Position numbers and translations under genes: made by a program
The notes under the pieces: model-generated
The model's database searches: none
Told to the model about the DNA's origin: nothing
The model's input: the letters and a program-made list of their open reading frames with translations, nothing else
Assembly (NCBI GenBank): GCA_951406725.2
Contig: OX597819.1
Coordinates: 69,254,001 to 69,318,000, forward strand
Direction of reading: 5' to 3'
Length of the DNA: 64,000 nt
From: Octopus vulgaris
Lineage: Eukaryota
Part shown: positions 1 through 13,931 of the stretch, one piece after another
Layout of the letters: each line of letters begins with the position of its first letter
Numbering within the stretch: position 1 is the stretch's first letter

Positions 1-387
1 GATAGAAGTAGTAATCATGGTTTGAGTTCATTTTGCTCTGATAAATATTCTAACTACTTATATCTGAAACAAATTGTGCTATTCTTTAATTATGTAGATA
101 AAAACGTGTTTATATCACTTCCATTTTGTCTTTCGTCTCTCTGATTCTGTGTCTATGTCTTTTTATACAGTTCCTTACCTTGCTAAGAAATATGACGCTT
201 GTTGAATCTGGCTGATATACAGAAATAATTTAATATGATGACCAAATCTTGTGAACAGCTTAATCATTGATACAGATATCATTAACTTACTAATTACAGA
301 TAAAGAGTAATATATAAATTGATTATTGATAAATATATATCTATTTATATCTATATATATATATATATATATATATATTGTGTGTGT

Positions 388-437
<50 letters not shown>

Positions 438-460
438 ATCTACGCATACATATATTTATG

Positions 461-510
<50 letters not shown>

Positions 511-1141
511 TATATGTGTGTATGTATATATTATTCATAAAATAATCATCGACAAAAATATCATTAGTGATCATTCATAGAGAAATTAGATTTCCTGTGA
601 TAGCTGATGTTCACTATATACTGGGATATCAGAGCATGCAAGCGGTCAAACAAATAATTGAATACACGAGGAGGGAAACAGTGACTCCTAATTTCTTTTC
701 TGGCTGAATATGGTTAACAGTATACGTTCATTGGTGCGCACAATAATTATTTATATCATTATGTCATTATGTGAAGTGTCTAATTCTGTTGGGTAATTTT
801 AATTTACGTTAAAGCCTAGCGGTATTTAGTTTCTTCGCTGTCAGGACATAATGCGGATTACTTTACGCTTGAATTAACGTTTCATAACTCCGGGTTCAAT
901 GAAATAAATATCGGTCGTGTGCTGGGTTCGATGAAATCGATTATGTCTTCGTAACAAAGTTATGTCTTTGTGGCAATGTCAAAAATCATTATTACAACGA
1001 GTATCTAGGCGATACCTTAGTCGTAAGGCTTCTTTCTCTTAAATTATGTGCAATACACACTTATCTATACAGATATGTATGCCGATAATTACACACATAT
1101 ATGTGTTTGTGTGTATGTATATGTGAGTGGTTTCAAAATTT

Positions 1142-1191
<50 letters not shown>

Positions 1192-1465
1192 AGCATACTT
1201 ATATACAGGTGTGTATCTGTCTGTATCTGTGTGTCTGGATGTACAATTCTCCATCTGTATTTTAATGTTTCCAACATACAACCTGTAAACTGTTTATAAT
1301 CCAACGAAGTGAATACAGGATTTACTTATTGACTGAAATAGTGTTTGACTGTTTACCTTAAATAATCCCCGGGTATTCCGTATTATTTGATGCAAGTAGC
1401 CCGAACCTCATGCAAATGTGCCTGAACGATACCTGTTGGGCTCAATTATATCTATCCTTTCATTT

Positions 1466-1516
<51 letters not shown>

Positions 1517-1561
1517 CCAAAATTATGAAACCAACCACACATACAAACACACCATGTATTG

Positions 1562-1617
<56 letters not shown>

Positions 1618-1621
<4 letters not shown>

Positions 1622-1967
1622 CCTTGGGCAAGTGTCTTCTACTATAGCATCGGGCTGCCTAAAGCCTTATGAGTGGATTTGGTAGACGGAAACTGAAAGA
1701 AGCCGGTCGTATATATACGTGTGTGTATGTATGCATGAGTGTATATGCTTGTGTGTCTGTATTTGTCCCCCATTACCACCACCACCACCATCGATTGACA
1801 ACCGATGTTGGTATGTTTCCGTCTCCTTTACTTAGCGGTTCTGCAAAATAGATCGATAGAATAAGTACTAGGTTTACAAAGAATAAGTCCTGCAGTTGAT
1901 TTGATCGACTAAATGCGGTGCTCCAGCATAACCGCAGTCAAATGACTGAAAAGTAAAATAATAAAAG
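1618..1967 (+). mobile_element. SINE family A, headless
   Basis: Aligns by eye to 12978-13367 from GGCACCTTGGGCAAG to the tail. Confidence 0.85.
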
Positions 1968-1968
1968 C

Positions 1969-2024
<56 letters not shown>

Positions 2025-2069
2025 GATTCAGTTGAATTAGGTACCTAAGCTGATGCACCAAGTCAGTCC

Positions 2070-2104
<35 letters not shown>

Positions 2105-3817
2105 GACGGGCTTCTTTCAGTTTCTGTCTACAGTTAAACATTCCGACGACAGCTTAGCTGGCCGAACTTCGAAGTCACTGTCCATAATACTCGTGTATAA
2201 GAATAATATATTCATACATATATACATGTATGCAATTATGTATGTATGTATGTATGTATGTATGTACATATACACCGATGGCTTAGTATTTTTAATTTGT
2301 GTGATTACATTCCTATATCATATCAAACTATATCGCTGCCGCTACTTTAGGCAGTGGGTGTAAAATTTACTCATTGTTCCCCTTGTAGTAAAATTTAACT
2401 ACTACTGCCAATGGAATCTTACTCTGACCCCCACTTATTCAATGATAAAAGGTGGGGCTAAAAACCTCCCACATTTTAGAGGTTTACAACGTTTCAACGA
2501 ACTGTGTGCATCGATTCAGATTTTTAAGGTAACTGCACAAGAACGATACAATATCAGCTACATAAAGACAGAGTTATCAACTGTCTGGCCTCACAAATAC
2601 CTCCGCCACGACCGTGTAAAATACAGGAGGTTTTACAGTTGTATTTTGTGCGTCGACACATGTTATGGTTGGCCCTCCAAATGTGTTAATAGCGCACATA
2701 TTATTCTTAAATCTCAGATGATTTTTAAAAAGTCTGGCTGTATTTAAATGATTTTTTCCTTCATCTTTCTCAATTATTGTTTATTTTTAATTACATTTAT
2801 TGACTGTTTTATGCTTTAATTATTGGTTTATGCGTATAAAAGTTGTCCGCCAAATTGCTCCGAAATGTTCATTTAGTTATTCCTCCATTATCGAATTTCC
2901 AAACACTCCCTTTTATATTCTGGTTTTAATTAATTATTCATTCACTCATTTACTCATTTTATTGCTGTTATCTCCATGGCGATGAAAGCAGCGTTTCTCA
3001 ATTATTACTTCTGCGAATCAAAGGCGATAATTTGTGATTATCCTTTTTCGATTAAGTGGGTGGACGTCATAGATGGAGAATTAAGGCTTGAAATTTTACA
3101 TCCATGGCAAGATTATGTTTTGGCTCTTTTATTTTATTAGCTTTTGCTGCTATCATTTTTGCTGTTGTTTATTCTTAGGTTAACCCTAGTCTATCAGAGC
3201 GACGAGCAAAGTTTTTCAAGCACTAAACACACCGCCTCTCTTTTCTACATTTCTTTAATAATGTCTTTCTAAATATTCAACTTTTGAAAACACTTTGTTC
3301 ATTATTAGCTTTTACATGGATACGTGTTTGACGTTTGTTATTGATCGTAAGGATTTGTTTTTACTGTTTATATTGTATATAATTAGTGCTAGTTACATGT
3401 TTTGGTGTTGGCCTTCTGATCTATAAGAATGTGTGATAGTATCTCCCTGCATTCTATCCATAGTTTATATATGATTTCTGAGTACATTTTCAGTATAATT
3501 TGTGAATTAGTTTTGCACGTGATGTGGGTCGGGTACTTTATCTTTAATATATTCATTGCTTTTTCTACTGTTCAACTCAAATTTAATGTTTGTTGAACAA
3601 GCAGAGAATGTGTGAAATCGTAAGCGCATAGGACAAAACGCATATCGGAAATTCTTCCTTTTCTTTAAGTACAGAGTTCAAATCCTGGAGAAGCCAGGTT
3701 GAAACATGAAGGGATAAACAAAATCGACAAAACCCACACAAAATAGAATTCGAGAAGAAATATAATTTCAAAATATTTTTTTAAATAATATTCCTTTTTA
3801 CATGTATATACACTTCA

Positions 3818-4046
3818 TTCTTTACTCTTTTACTTGTTTCAGTCATTTGACTGTAGCCATGCTGGAGCACCACCTTTAGTCGACCAAATCGACCCCAGGA
3901 CTTATTCTTTGTAAGCCTAGTACTTATTATATCGGTGTCTTTTGCGGAACCGCTAAGTTATGGGGACGTAAACCCACAGCATCGGTTGTCAAGTGATGTT
4001 GGTGGGACAAACACAGACACACAAACATATACGCACACACATGCAT

Positions 4047-4105
<59 letters not shown>

Positions 4106-4185
4106 TACATATATACGACGGGCTTCTTTCAGTTTCCGTCCACCAAATCCACTCACAAGGCTTTGGTCGGTACGAGGCTATAGTA
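3818..4185 (-). mobile_element. SINE family A, headless
   Basis: Reverse complement of the family A body and tail, with an expanded internal (TA)n. Confidence 0.85.
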
Positions 4186-4668
4186 ATAAATGTATAAATA
4201 CATCGAGAGAGAGAGGGGGGAGGAGGAGGAGGGAGAGACAGAAAGAGAGATAGCGGAAGTGTAAGAGATTTCTGTATATCTGTACGTTTCACAACATCCC
4301 ATGAAATTGTCATACATCGGAATATCTGACATTTTACGGTGCATAAAGGCACCCCACACTACACATCGCACTTAATTTTTATCATTTTTCTTTAAGTCTA
4401 TGTTCGTAATATCTTGGGCTATATCCTCCTTATGATATTTAGTATTGGGGGTGTCATTTAAATTCCGCTACAATCAATTCAGAATGTTAATGGATTTTTC
4501 ACAGTGAAAATTAACCTTCATTTCAATGCCTTTGTTTCAAAACTCCCCGAGTCCCTCTTGCGCCTAAATCGCGTTTATTTAACTTCATCATTTTCCTAAA
4601 ACGTTACCACCTCACTGTAAACTCAGTACCGCATTACAGAGTCAACTCAGAAATAAAGTAAGCAATTG

Positions 4669-4797
<129 letters not shown>

Positions 4798-4799
4798 GT

Positions 4800-4910
4800 A
4801 ATGCATGTGTCTAGTGTACTCTTATCAGAGGGGTAGTTATGATGGGTATACTGGGCTTCGTATATTTTAACCCAGTGTTACTTTGATGGCATGCACTGCT
4901 CTCTTACTCA
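4800..4910 (+). mobile_element. Family D, 3' 110 bp only
   Basis: ATGCATGTG...GGCATGCACTGCTCTCTTACTC-AATAAT, preceded by (AAT)n. Confidence 0.8.
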
Positions 4911-4937
4911 ATAATAATAATTATTATTATTGTTATA

Positions 4938-5377
4938 AATGCTCTGATGCAGTACCAGACAGTGGCTCTCTCATGGCTTCTGATCTTAACTGATTGGAAG
5001 TGTTATCATGTACATTGTTGTGTCTTGGTATAAAAAGATCGGCTACAGCAAATATTCTGCTAAATACCATAGATTTGCTTGTTGGTTGTTTGACCTTATC
5101 CAGTTGAGCTTATCCCTTAGGTACTGCCGATATGTGCATCTCTGATCACGAGCAGAAGTAGTGGGGGAGCATCATAGCCAGATTTTAAGATTTCTTTGGG
5201 GGTTTAGACAATTCACCTTTGGAAACATGAGTGTTTCGTTCAGCATCCTTAAACATCTCTTATTCATCCTCAAACAACCCTTTCGAGCGTGATGGGATAC
5301 TCAAGCATGCTGGATATACTGAGCTTGATATATTTTGCTTCAGTGTCACTTTGTCGGCATGCACTGATCTCTCGCTC
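4938..5377 (+). mobile_element. Family D, both ends present, internal deletion
   Basis: AATGCTCTGATGCAGTACCAG...GCATGCACTGATCTCTCGCTC followed by (AAT)n. Confidence 0.85.
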
Positions 5378-5516
<139 letters not shown>

Positions 5517-5517
<1 letters not shown>

Positions 5518-6345
5518 TATACATAGCATGCCCTGGTGACTCCAAGATCAATGTGAAAGTAGAAGAAAAAGTAAAACACTCTGACGATTTAAAGTGTGAA
5601 ATACAAAGGTTGTGGTCAATGAAGTACAATGTGATACCAATAGCAATTGGTGAACTTGGAAGTATCGGCACTCAACTACTAACATGGCTGAAAAATCTCC
5701 AGGAGTTCCAACAAAACCTGAGTTAAAAAGAATAATAATTTTGACATTGAAAGTACGTATAAAACTAAGACTACTGAATAATAATTATAACGATAATAAT
5801 AATAACGACATCAACAACAGCAATAATAATACTAGGCGGTTTCACTCCTTAGACATGGAGCTGGGGTAATCGCATGGGCAGTAGACGAACTAAACAGCTT
5901 AGACCAAAAGATAAGGCTAGATATGGGATACTCCATCCAAAAAGTGACACAAACAGACTTTATATACCAAATTAAAAGAGGGGGGGAGGATTTATTGGAT
6001 TTATTGGACAATTAGGTACGCGATAAATAAGAAAGAAAAGTCGATAGATATGACAGGTTAGCTTGAGATATTAATCAGATGTGGTCAATGAAAAAGGTAG
6101 TTGTAACACCAGTAGTTGTTAGAGCCCTGGGAACAGAGAGTAAAAATCTTGAGAAGTACATGGCACAAATAGGGGATGCAATAAGGGTGGAGCACTTGCA
6201 GTAAACAGAACTGTTTCGAACCGCTCGAATACTCAGGATGGTGCTCGAAAAATAACAGGTGTTACCTTAGTTCACTTGTAGTGAACAGCGGATACTGTTG
6301 TACATCTCCAGCGTTAGAAGCTGTGTAAAGACAAGAAAATAATAT
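5517..6345 (+). mobile_element. Cluster of degraded R4/Dong-like fragments
   Basis: IACPGDSKINVKVEEKVKHSDDLKCEIQRLWSMKYNVIPIAIGELG at 5520-5660. RT-thumb-like HPKSDTNRLYIP near 5935-5970. A second C-terminal piece (VVTPVVVRALGT) near 6100-6135. Confidence 0.65.
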
Positions 6346-7409
6346 TTATACTGGCGATTTCTTTATTAACCATAAAGGTCTTACATAAAAATAAACATCA
6401 TGGACGAAACATAAAGCAAAAATTAATTGTAACTCAAGAGTGACCTACAATGATACGTATATCATATTTTGGTCTTTTACTTTTTGGTTTCGCTACAGTT
6501 TCGCCGTGACCCATGGCTTTCTAGTTATAGTCGTCGCTCTATTTTCAATATTTAAGGTTCCATTGCTCGGTGTTTTCTTACTTTTAAGATGTTAGAATAA
6601 GATTTAAGTGAGATTTAGCTGTTAATTCCAGTAGATCGAGCATTGTACAGTGAGTCCCTCAAGTTTAAACAGACGCTGATTTTATCTCTGATCTAAAATC
6701 GAATTTCCCTAATTACATACTTTTACAGGCCAAGTAGCTAGTATTATCACTATTATGGATATTAACACCATTCCATACCTTTATTAGGTGTACAGCCAAA
6801 TTTGGGCAAAGACGATCGCTACATTTGATCTCTATGTTTGATACCCAGGATGTAATATGTCATTTTGCTGTTTATCTATTATGATATCTAATTAGGAATC
6901 TTCGATATAGGACTGAAATAATAAGCACTGTCCGCATCTTTATTAGGCTGTAATTCCTTAACAATCGATCGGTGTATTCTGTTCAATATATAAATCAGTA
7001 TCCCAATGTCGTTTCATTTTAAATTTAGTATTAATTTCGTCCTATAGATTATTTGTGATCTGTATCTGAGATGGGAGTTTCGGCATTATGTGTTAATATA
7101 CAATTGCCGGTGTTGATTGAGCAGACCAACACTTAAAGCCGTTCTATAATTATGGTTTCTTCTCTGACCATCGTGTCTTTTCTTTTCGTGTATCTAGCAA
7201 CGAATGCCTAATGACGCATTGTTTTATTCCTATATTAAAACTTTATGGCGTCATTTAAGAGATGTGGCTTCTAATTGTGGCAGATCAAGCTGGCGTGAAC
7301 AGCATCTCTCATTCAGCACGTATGGATATATATATATGTATTTTTGTATGTATGTGTGAATGTGTATACATGTAAAATTATGTATGTCGGTGGACATATA
7401 TATACTTAC

Positions 7410-7443
<34 letters not shown>

Positions 7444-7641
7444 ATGAGTGTGTATGTATGCATGTATATATGTATGTATGTTTGTATTCATGTATGTATG
7501 TACGTATTGATGAAGTGAAGTTATGCAGAAATATGAATGTTCTCCATTTACATCTTGATTTCAAATTATGCTTCTGCTTTTCGTCGATAATAAATCTACC
7601 AGTTATTAACTGGGGTCGATATATGATTCACTGTACTAACT

Positions 7642-7842
7642 GAAAACTTGTTGATCCCGAACCTATTTTAAAAACCGATTCCAATATTGTTGTTGTTGTT
7701 TGTTCGGTGGGCGTTCTTGAATCTGTTCTTGTTATATTGTATTATTTTTGATACAATGCATCTTATGACGTTATCATTTAATGCATTACAACTTTTAATT
7801 GAAGTTTCTGTACATTGTGAGTACAATTCATAAATGTAGTGT
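7642..7842 (+). repeat. ~200 bp segment repeated (diverged) at 14079-14302
   Basis: Shared CCTATTTTAAAAA, GTTATATTGTATTATT, CATCTTATGACGTTAT and TTGAAGTTTCTGTACATTGTGAGTACARTTCATAAATGTAGTGT. Confidence 0.8.
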
Positions 7843-8819
7843 TTCCATAGCGATTCAGTTTTGTTTTGTATTGCTTAAATATTTTTACCTCCTTACATAC
7901 AAACCTACATTGGATTATTATCATAAGACGGAGAATAACTTAAGTTTAAACTTTCCACGCCTTACTGAGGTACTGAAATGATTAGCAGATTTCACAGATG
8001 GAAAGCACAGACAAAATTGACAAGACAAGGCCCAAGATAAACAAGATGCGCAAATGATGCGACTTTTATAAATGACCTATTCTTTTGAAGGAAGTTCAGA
8101 ATATTTGATGTCCTCGGAGAAATCTTGCCGGAGTTGTTATACAATCTAAAATAAGAAAAGAATGAAATTATTGTGGAGTCAGTTGTGGAGCATTGGTGTT
8201 AATTAACAGAAATGTTTGTCTGTATAGGAAATTCAAATTAATGCAAAGCCTGGTATGCTATAGGTAAGACTGTTAATAATAAATTTGTAATCGATGTTGA
8301 TTTTTTAGTTTCCGAGTTCATTGTTTGTTCGAAAAATTATGAGAGATTAATACTGCAATAGAAATAATCAGCTATTCCGTTCATCCATCCATCTATCCAT
8401 CCAGTTTCTCCCTATGCTCTTACTGGGAGAGTCATGGGAGGAGAATCATCGGGTGACTCCTCGAAAGAGTCGTATCCGATGCAGTCGTTATTACAATTTT
8501 CTGGTAGATTTCCAAGCGTGACCAACACCATGGATATCATCTAACAATCTCGTTCCTGGTCTCTCCGTTTGGCTCGGCTTGAAGAATCCGTGTACTGTTT
8601 CCTAAAAAAGGAAAAACTAGCCTCACCACGAGTCTCCGTCTGAAAGTCATGAGAAAGAATATAGCACTGATTGGAAGATTTGGTTGCATGAAAATCCAAA
8701 TGCATAGCAATATAGTTGCATTCCTTCATGTTCTCTAGTCAAACCTCACCGATGTCATAAGTGTATTTTTCCTTTAGGGGAACGCTAAAATATGTGGTCA
8801 CTTCAACTGTTTCAAACGT

Positions 8820-8995
8820 TCCGGGAAGAGTGTAAGTTGATTACATAGAGGCCAGTGCCCATCTTGTCCTTTTTTATCGACCCCAAAAGGATGAAAAGCA
8901 AAGTCGACCACGCTGAAATTTCAATGTAAAGATGGACGAAATTCTGCCTGGCATTTCACCTAGGGTGTTAACTGTCCTTTCAGATTGCCGCCTTT
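8820..8995 (-). mobile_element. SINE family B, diverged
   Basis: Plus strand TTTATCGACCCCAAAAGGATGAAAAGCAAAGTCGACC is the reverse complement of the central domain. Confidence 0.65.
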
Positions 8996-9738
8996 CGAGG
9001 TCACTTTAATTTATATGAATCCTCTATTAATATGATTCATCTCCGTGCAAACTTTGTAAGTTAGGATAAAATCCGTGGAATGAAGGGAGCGCTAAATAAT
9101 GAATTCAATATCTGACATCATATACTTACATCATTCTCCAACGCGATTGCCAACCTTTTTCTGTTTACTCGTCTTTACTTTTCTCCTCATCTCATCTTTC
9201 AGTGAATTATGAATATGTACATGATTCGGACTGCATTAGAATCAATTGATTTCTTTCTGTCTGTCCCATATAGTCAGATATATGAACACATATCGATGTA
9301 CGAAATCGATATTGTCAATCTAGATAGAGATATTGCTGTTGTCTTGTTGGTTTGTGCGTTGCAGTATTGCAAATAATCGCTATAATTTAGCTATAGGTTT
9401 ATTGCGCTCTACACTGGTATTTGCTTATAAGAATATCGCAGTTAATTCGGTCGGCAAAGGGTGATGCTATCGTTTGCCAAAATCTCTGCAGACGTTTTGT
9501 ATAGAGATTGCTCGCGATCGTCCAATAAAAGCGATGACTACAACAGTAACAACAAAAGCAATCCAATAAAGATATTTGTTTCCACGCGACATTACAGATG
9601 ATCTACCAATCAGTGAAGTTTATTGGTATTAATGCAAATCGCTATCAACTCAATTGCTATAAGTTATTGTCATTATCAGTATTGTTGTTTGTTTTTAGTG
9701 TTATTCTTATTATTACTATTATTATTATTATTATTATT

Positions 9739-10200
9739 GAGTTAGAGAGCAGTGCATGCCATCAAAGTGACACCGGGCTAAAATATATGAAGCCCAGTAT
9801 ACCCATCATGACTACCCGTCTGATAACGGTAGACCTTGCACATGCATCACAACCATATGTGCACGACATGGTGATCTCACATCAAGATAAACAGCACATG
9901 ACCTTGCAGGTGGGGCCCAATTAGAATTTTCTTCTGGTCGAGTAGCCCATGTTTCCAAAGATGAATTATCCAAACCTCCAAGAATTCCTTTCATCACACG
10001 GCTATTATGCCCCCACTACTTCTGCTCGTGATCAGAGGTACACATATCGTCAGCCACTAAGGGATATGCTCAGCTGGTTAAGGTCAAACAACTGACAAGA
10101 AAGTCTGTCGTATTGAGCAGAATATTTGCTGTAGTCCATCTTTTATACCAAGACAAAACAATGTACATGATAACACTTCCAATCAGTTAGGATCAGAAGC
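9739..10200 (-). mobile_element. Family D, internal deletion, adjacent to the Dong 3' end
   Basis: Reverse complement of 38650-39176; (ATT)n on both sides. Confidence 0.85.
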
Positions 10201-10229
10201 TATTGTTATTATTATTATTATTATTATTC

Positions 10230-12399
10230 AGTAGTTTTATTTTTATTTTTATAGCGTGCTTTCACTTCACTACCGAGCGCAGCTCTGTGTGCCTTGGGTA
10301 TGTGCTGTGATTTGTTGTGATGCTCTGATGGTTATTGTATGGAAAGTGTTCTGCGTAGGATGTGGGCAGTGCCTAGTAGTGCAATTTTCTGTATGTTATA
10401 TGTGTTTGTAAGTCCTGGTGTTTTTGTTATGTATTTGTCTGAATATTTTTTTATCATGCCTAATGCACCTACTATGATAGGAATTGTTTCTGTTTTCAGA
10501 TTCCACATTCTAGTTACCTCTATTTCCAGGTCTTTGTATTTTGAGAGTTTCTCCATTTCTTTTAGAGACACGTTGTCATCTGCCGGTATTGATACATCAA
10601 TTAAAAAGCATTTTTTTTCTTCATGATCTCTGACAACTATATCTGGTCTGTTGGCCTTAATTTCTCTATCTGTGTGTATCGGCATATCCCAGAGTATGGT
10701 TGCTTTCTCGTTTTCTGTGACCTTTTCTGGTGTGTGCCTATACCATCTTTTTTCTGTTGTTATTCCATAATGTTGGCATAGCTTCCAATGTATGTAAGTT
10801 CCAACTCTGTCATGTCTGTGAATATATTCCTTCTTAGCCAGGACTGGGCAGCTAGAGATAATATGATTTATTGTTTCTTGTCCATCTCCACATATTCTGC
10901 AGTTACTTGTAATATTTCTTTTCATTACATGTTTTTGGTAATTTCTGGTGGGGAGGCTTTGGTCTTGTGCTGCAATTAAAAATCCCTCTGTTTCTGCTTT
11001 GAGTCCTGAGCTTCTCAACCATTGCTGGGATTTTTCTTTGTCTATTTCTTTTGCGTTTAGTTTAGTGCAGTATTTACCATGAAGGGGCTTTTCTTGCCAT
11101 CGTTTTATCATGGTTCGTTGCTGTTCTGTTTTTAGTTTGGATTTCATTTGTTTTATAGCTTTTGTTGTTTCTTCATCTTCTTCTTCTTCTTCATGTTTAT
11201 TAGGTGGTATGATTTCTTGTTTGTATTTGTCAGCTTCCTTAAATACTGAGAACAGTTTTTTGTTTTGCTCGTGTTTTGCCGCTATCTGGATCAGTTTTCC
11301 TTCCTTCTGAAGTAGATATTTTTGCAGTCCTATGGTGGTTATTTTATAGTAGTTTTCCAGCTGTATAAGGCCTCTACCACCTTCCATACGTTGTATATAT
11401 AGTCTTTCTATGTCAGATTTTGGGTGATGCATCCTAGATCCTGTCATTATTTTTCTTGTTTTCCTATCTATTTTGGTCAGTTCATTTCGTGTCCAGTTAA
11501 GGATATTGTAGCTGTAACTTATAACTGGGACAGCTAAAGTGTTGATACCTATTATCTTGTTTTTAGCATTGAGCTCTGTGTTTAGTATTGATCTAACTCG
11601 TCTATAATATTCTTTTTTTATTTTCTCTTTCATTTGTGTGTGTTGTGTCTTATCTAGTTCATGGATTCCTAAGTATTTGTAAGTTTGGCTTTGGTCTAAT
11701 TCTTTTATTTCATTGGTTTTATCTAGTGTGATGTTGTTACTCTTAACTAGTTTTCCTCTTTTCATGGTTACTTTGGCGCATTTTTCTAATCCAAATTTCA
11801 TATCTATTTCTTTGGTAAATCCATGAACTGTCTTTAATAGTGTTTCCAGCTGTTTGTCATTTGCAGCGTATAGTTTTAGGTCATCCATATATAAAAGGTG
11901 GCTGATCGTTTTGCCGTAACATTTATATCCGCATCCAGTTCTATTTAGCATATCAGATAGAGGTGACAGTGCCAAGCAGAAAAGGAGTGGAGAGAGCGTG
12001 TCTCCCTGGAATATTCCTCTTCTAATGGGGATGTCTTTGGTTTTCATGAGTCCCTCTTTTGTTTGGAGGTGTAGGACTGTTTGCCATTTATTCATAGAGT
12101 GCTCTATGAATTTTATGATTGTTGGTGCTACTTTGTTAATGGCTAGTGTTTCGAGGATCCATGTGTGGGGGATGCTATCAAACGCCTTTTTGTAGTCAAT
12201 CCAGGCCATACTGAGGCCTTTCTTCTTTCTGTGGTTGTCTTCAGTTATGGCTTTATTAATCATTAGTTGATCTTTACAGCCATATGAGCCTTTGCGGCAT
12301 CCTTTCTGCTCTTCTGGGAACAGTTTGTTTTCGTCCAGGTGCTTGTTCAGCCTTTGTGATATCACTGCAGTAAATGCCTTGAACATTATTAATAATGCC

Positions 12400-12400
<1 letters not shown>
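10230..12400 (-). mobile_element. R4/Dong-clade non-LTR retrotransposon (RT + CCHC + RLE), 5'-truncated, inserted in an (AAT)n array
   Basis: RT motifs WIDYKKAFDS, GIFQGDTLSPLLF and LLYMDDLK. Zinc knuckle CRICGDGQETINHIISSC followed by RHD. RLE motif RPDIVV...LIDVSIP...KLSKY. ~100 bp 3' UTR. (AAT)n on the sense strand at both ends. Confidence 0.93.
10332..12385 (-). CDS. Reverse transcriptase/RLE endonuclease ORF of the Dong-like element (N-terminally truncated, no stops)
   Basis: ORF track 10332..12575. The genuine part starts near MFKAFTAVISQRL; the upstream poly-N/D is flanking microsatellite. Confidence 0.9.
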
Positions 12401-12475
<75 letters not shown>

Positions 12476-12977
12476 CATTATTATTATTATTATTATCATC
12501 ATCATCATCATCATTATTATTATTATTATTAATTTTTCCTCTCCAGTCAAACCCTTGTTGAGTTTTAGGTTGCACTTGAAAAGGTAAATGAGGCTGGGGA
12601 GGTAGATAAATTTACGAACAGATGGCTGACGTAGGCGAGAAGAATAAAGATTTGGTTGAATGGACAGATGCTAAGCATGCGCCTAAAGATTTGAAAGCAA
12701 CAGTTCCGTGAAAGCATATGCCCTTAATTGTAAATGTGACCTTGGATTCATGGACTTCCTTGATCCGTCCAAGCTAGAGAGTGTCTTGTATCAGAAATAT
12801 TTCATCACATATGTGATAACAGCAATTGTAACTTCTGTACACTTTTATCCCATCTCTTCTCTCCTATTCTTTCCCAATTTCTTTGTCGCAAAGCCTTATG
12901 CAGATTATAGTTTTACTCTAATGTTTCCCGCAATCGATGCCCTTTTGGCAAATAAGAGACATCATCATGAAAATGTA

Positions 12978-13367
12978 GGCGCAGGAGTGGCTGTGTGGTA
13001 AGTAACGCGCTTACCAACCACATGGCTCCGGGTTCAGTCCCACTGCGTGACACCTTGGCCAGCTGTATTCTACAATACCGCGGGCCAACCAAAGCCTCGT
13101 GAATGGATTTGGTAGACGGAGGTCGAAGGAAGCCCGTAGTATATTTATATGTGTGCCTGTGTATATGTCTGTGTTTGTCCTCCAACGTCGCTTGACAACA
13201 GATGCTGGTGTGTTTGCGTCTCTGTAACTTAGCAGTTCGGCAAAAGAGAACGACAGAATATGTACTAGGCTTACAAAGGATAAGTCCTGGTGTCCATTTC
13301 CTCGACTTAAGGCGGTGCTCCAGCATGGCCGCAGTCCAATAACTGAAACAAGTAAAAGTAAAAAAAG
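12978..13367 (+). mobile_element. SINE family A, full length (tRNA-derived head)
   Basis: A box TGGCTGTGTGG, B box GGTTCAGTCCC, internal TA/TG tract, tail GTGCTCCAGCATGGCCGCAGT...CTGAAACAAGTAAAAG. Many copies in the window. Confidence 0.9.
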
Positions 13368-13410
13368 AACCCTCCTCCTCCTTATTATTATTATTGTTGT
13401 TGTTATTAAA

Positions 13411-13484
<74 letters not shown>

Positions 13485-13519
13485 GATTATGATTATTATT
13501 ATTATTGTAATTATTGATT

Positions 13520-13755
13520 AAGAGAGCAGTGCATGTCATCAAAGCGACACTGGGGTAAAATATACGAAGCCCAGTATACCCATCATGACTACCCGTCGGA
13601 TAAGGGCACACCAGGCACATGCATCACAACCATATGTGCGTGATATGGTGATCTCATTTCAAGATAAACAGCACATGACCTTGCAGGTGGGTCCCAGTTA
13701 CAATTTTCTTCTGGTCGAGTAACCCATCCTGCTCAAAAAGTCCCTCAATAAAGGT
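13520..13755 (-). mobile_element. Family D, 3' ~235 bp
   Basis: GAGAGCAGTGCATG...CCCATCCTGCTCAAAAAGTCCC between (ATT)n arrays. Confidence 0.85.
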
Positions 13756-13772
13756 TGTTATTATTACTATTA

Positions 13773-13848
<76 letters not shown>

Positions 13849-13874
13849 CATCATCATTATTATTATCATCATCA

Positions 13875-13931
<57 letters not shown>

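Noticed and set aside
2350-2409. Imperfect inverted repeat (also 31201-31309) as a MITE
   Set aside because: Short AT-rich arms, no TSD and no second copy in the window.
12386-12575. N-terminal MQPK...poly-N/D extension of the 747 aa ORF as a real protein start
   Set aside because: It is the flanking (AAT)n array and unique flank read in frame by chance, starting at a non-ATG codon. The element is 5'-truncated.
12978-13050. tRNA gene (also 13967-14035 and 23660-23737)
   Set aside because: A and B boxes are present but there is no complete cloverleaf, and the sequence continues into SINE bodies.
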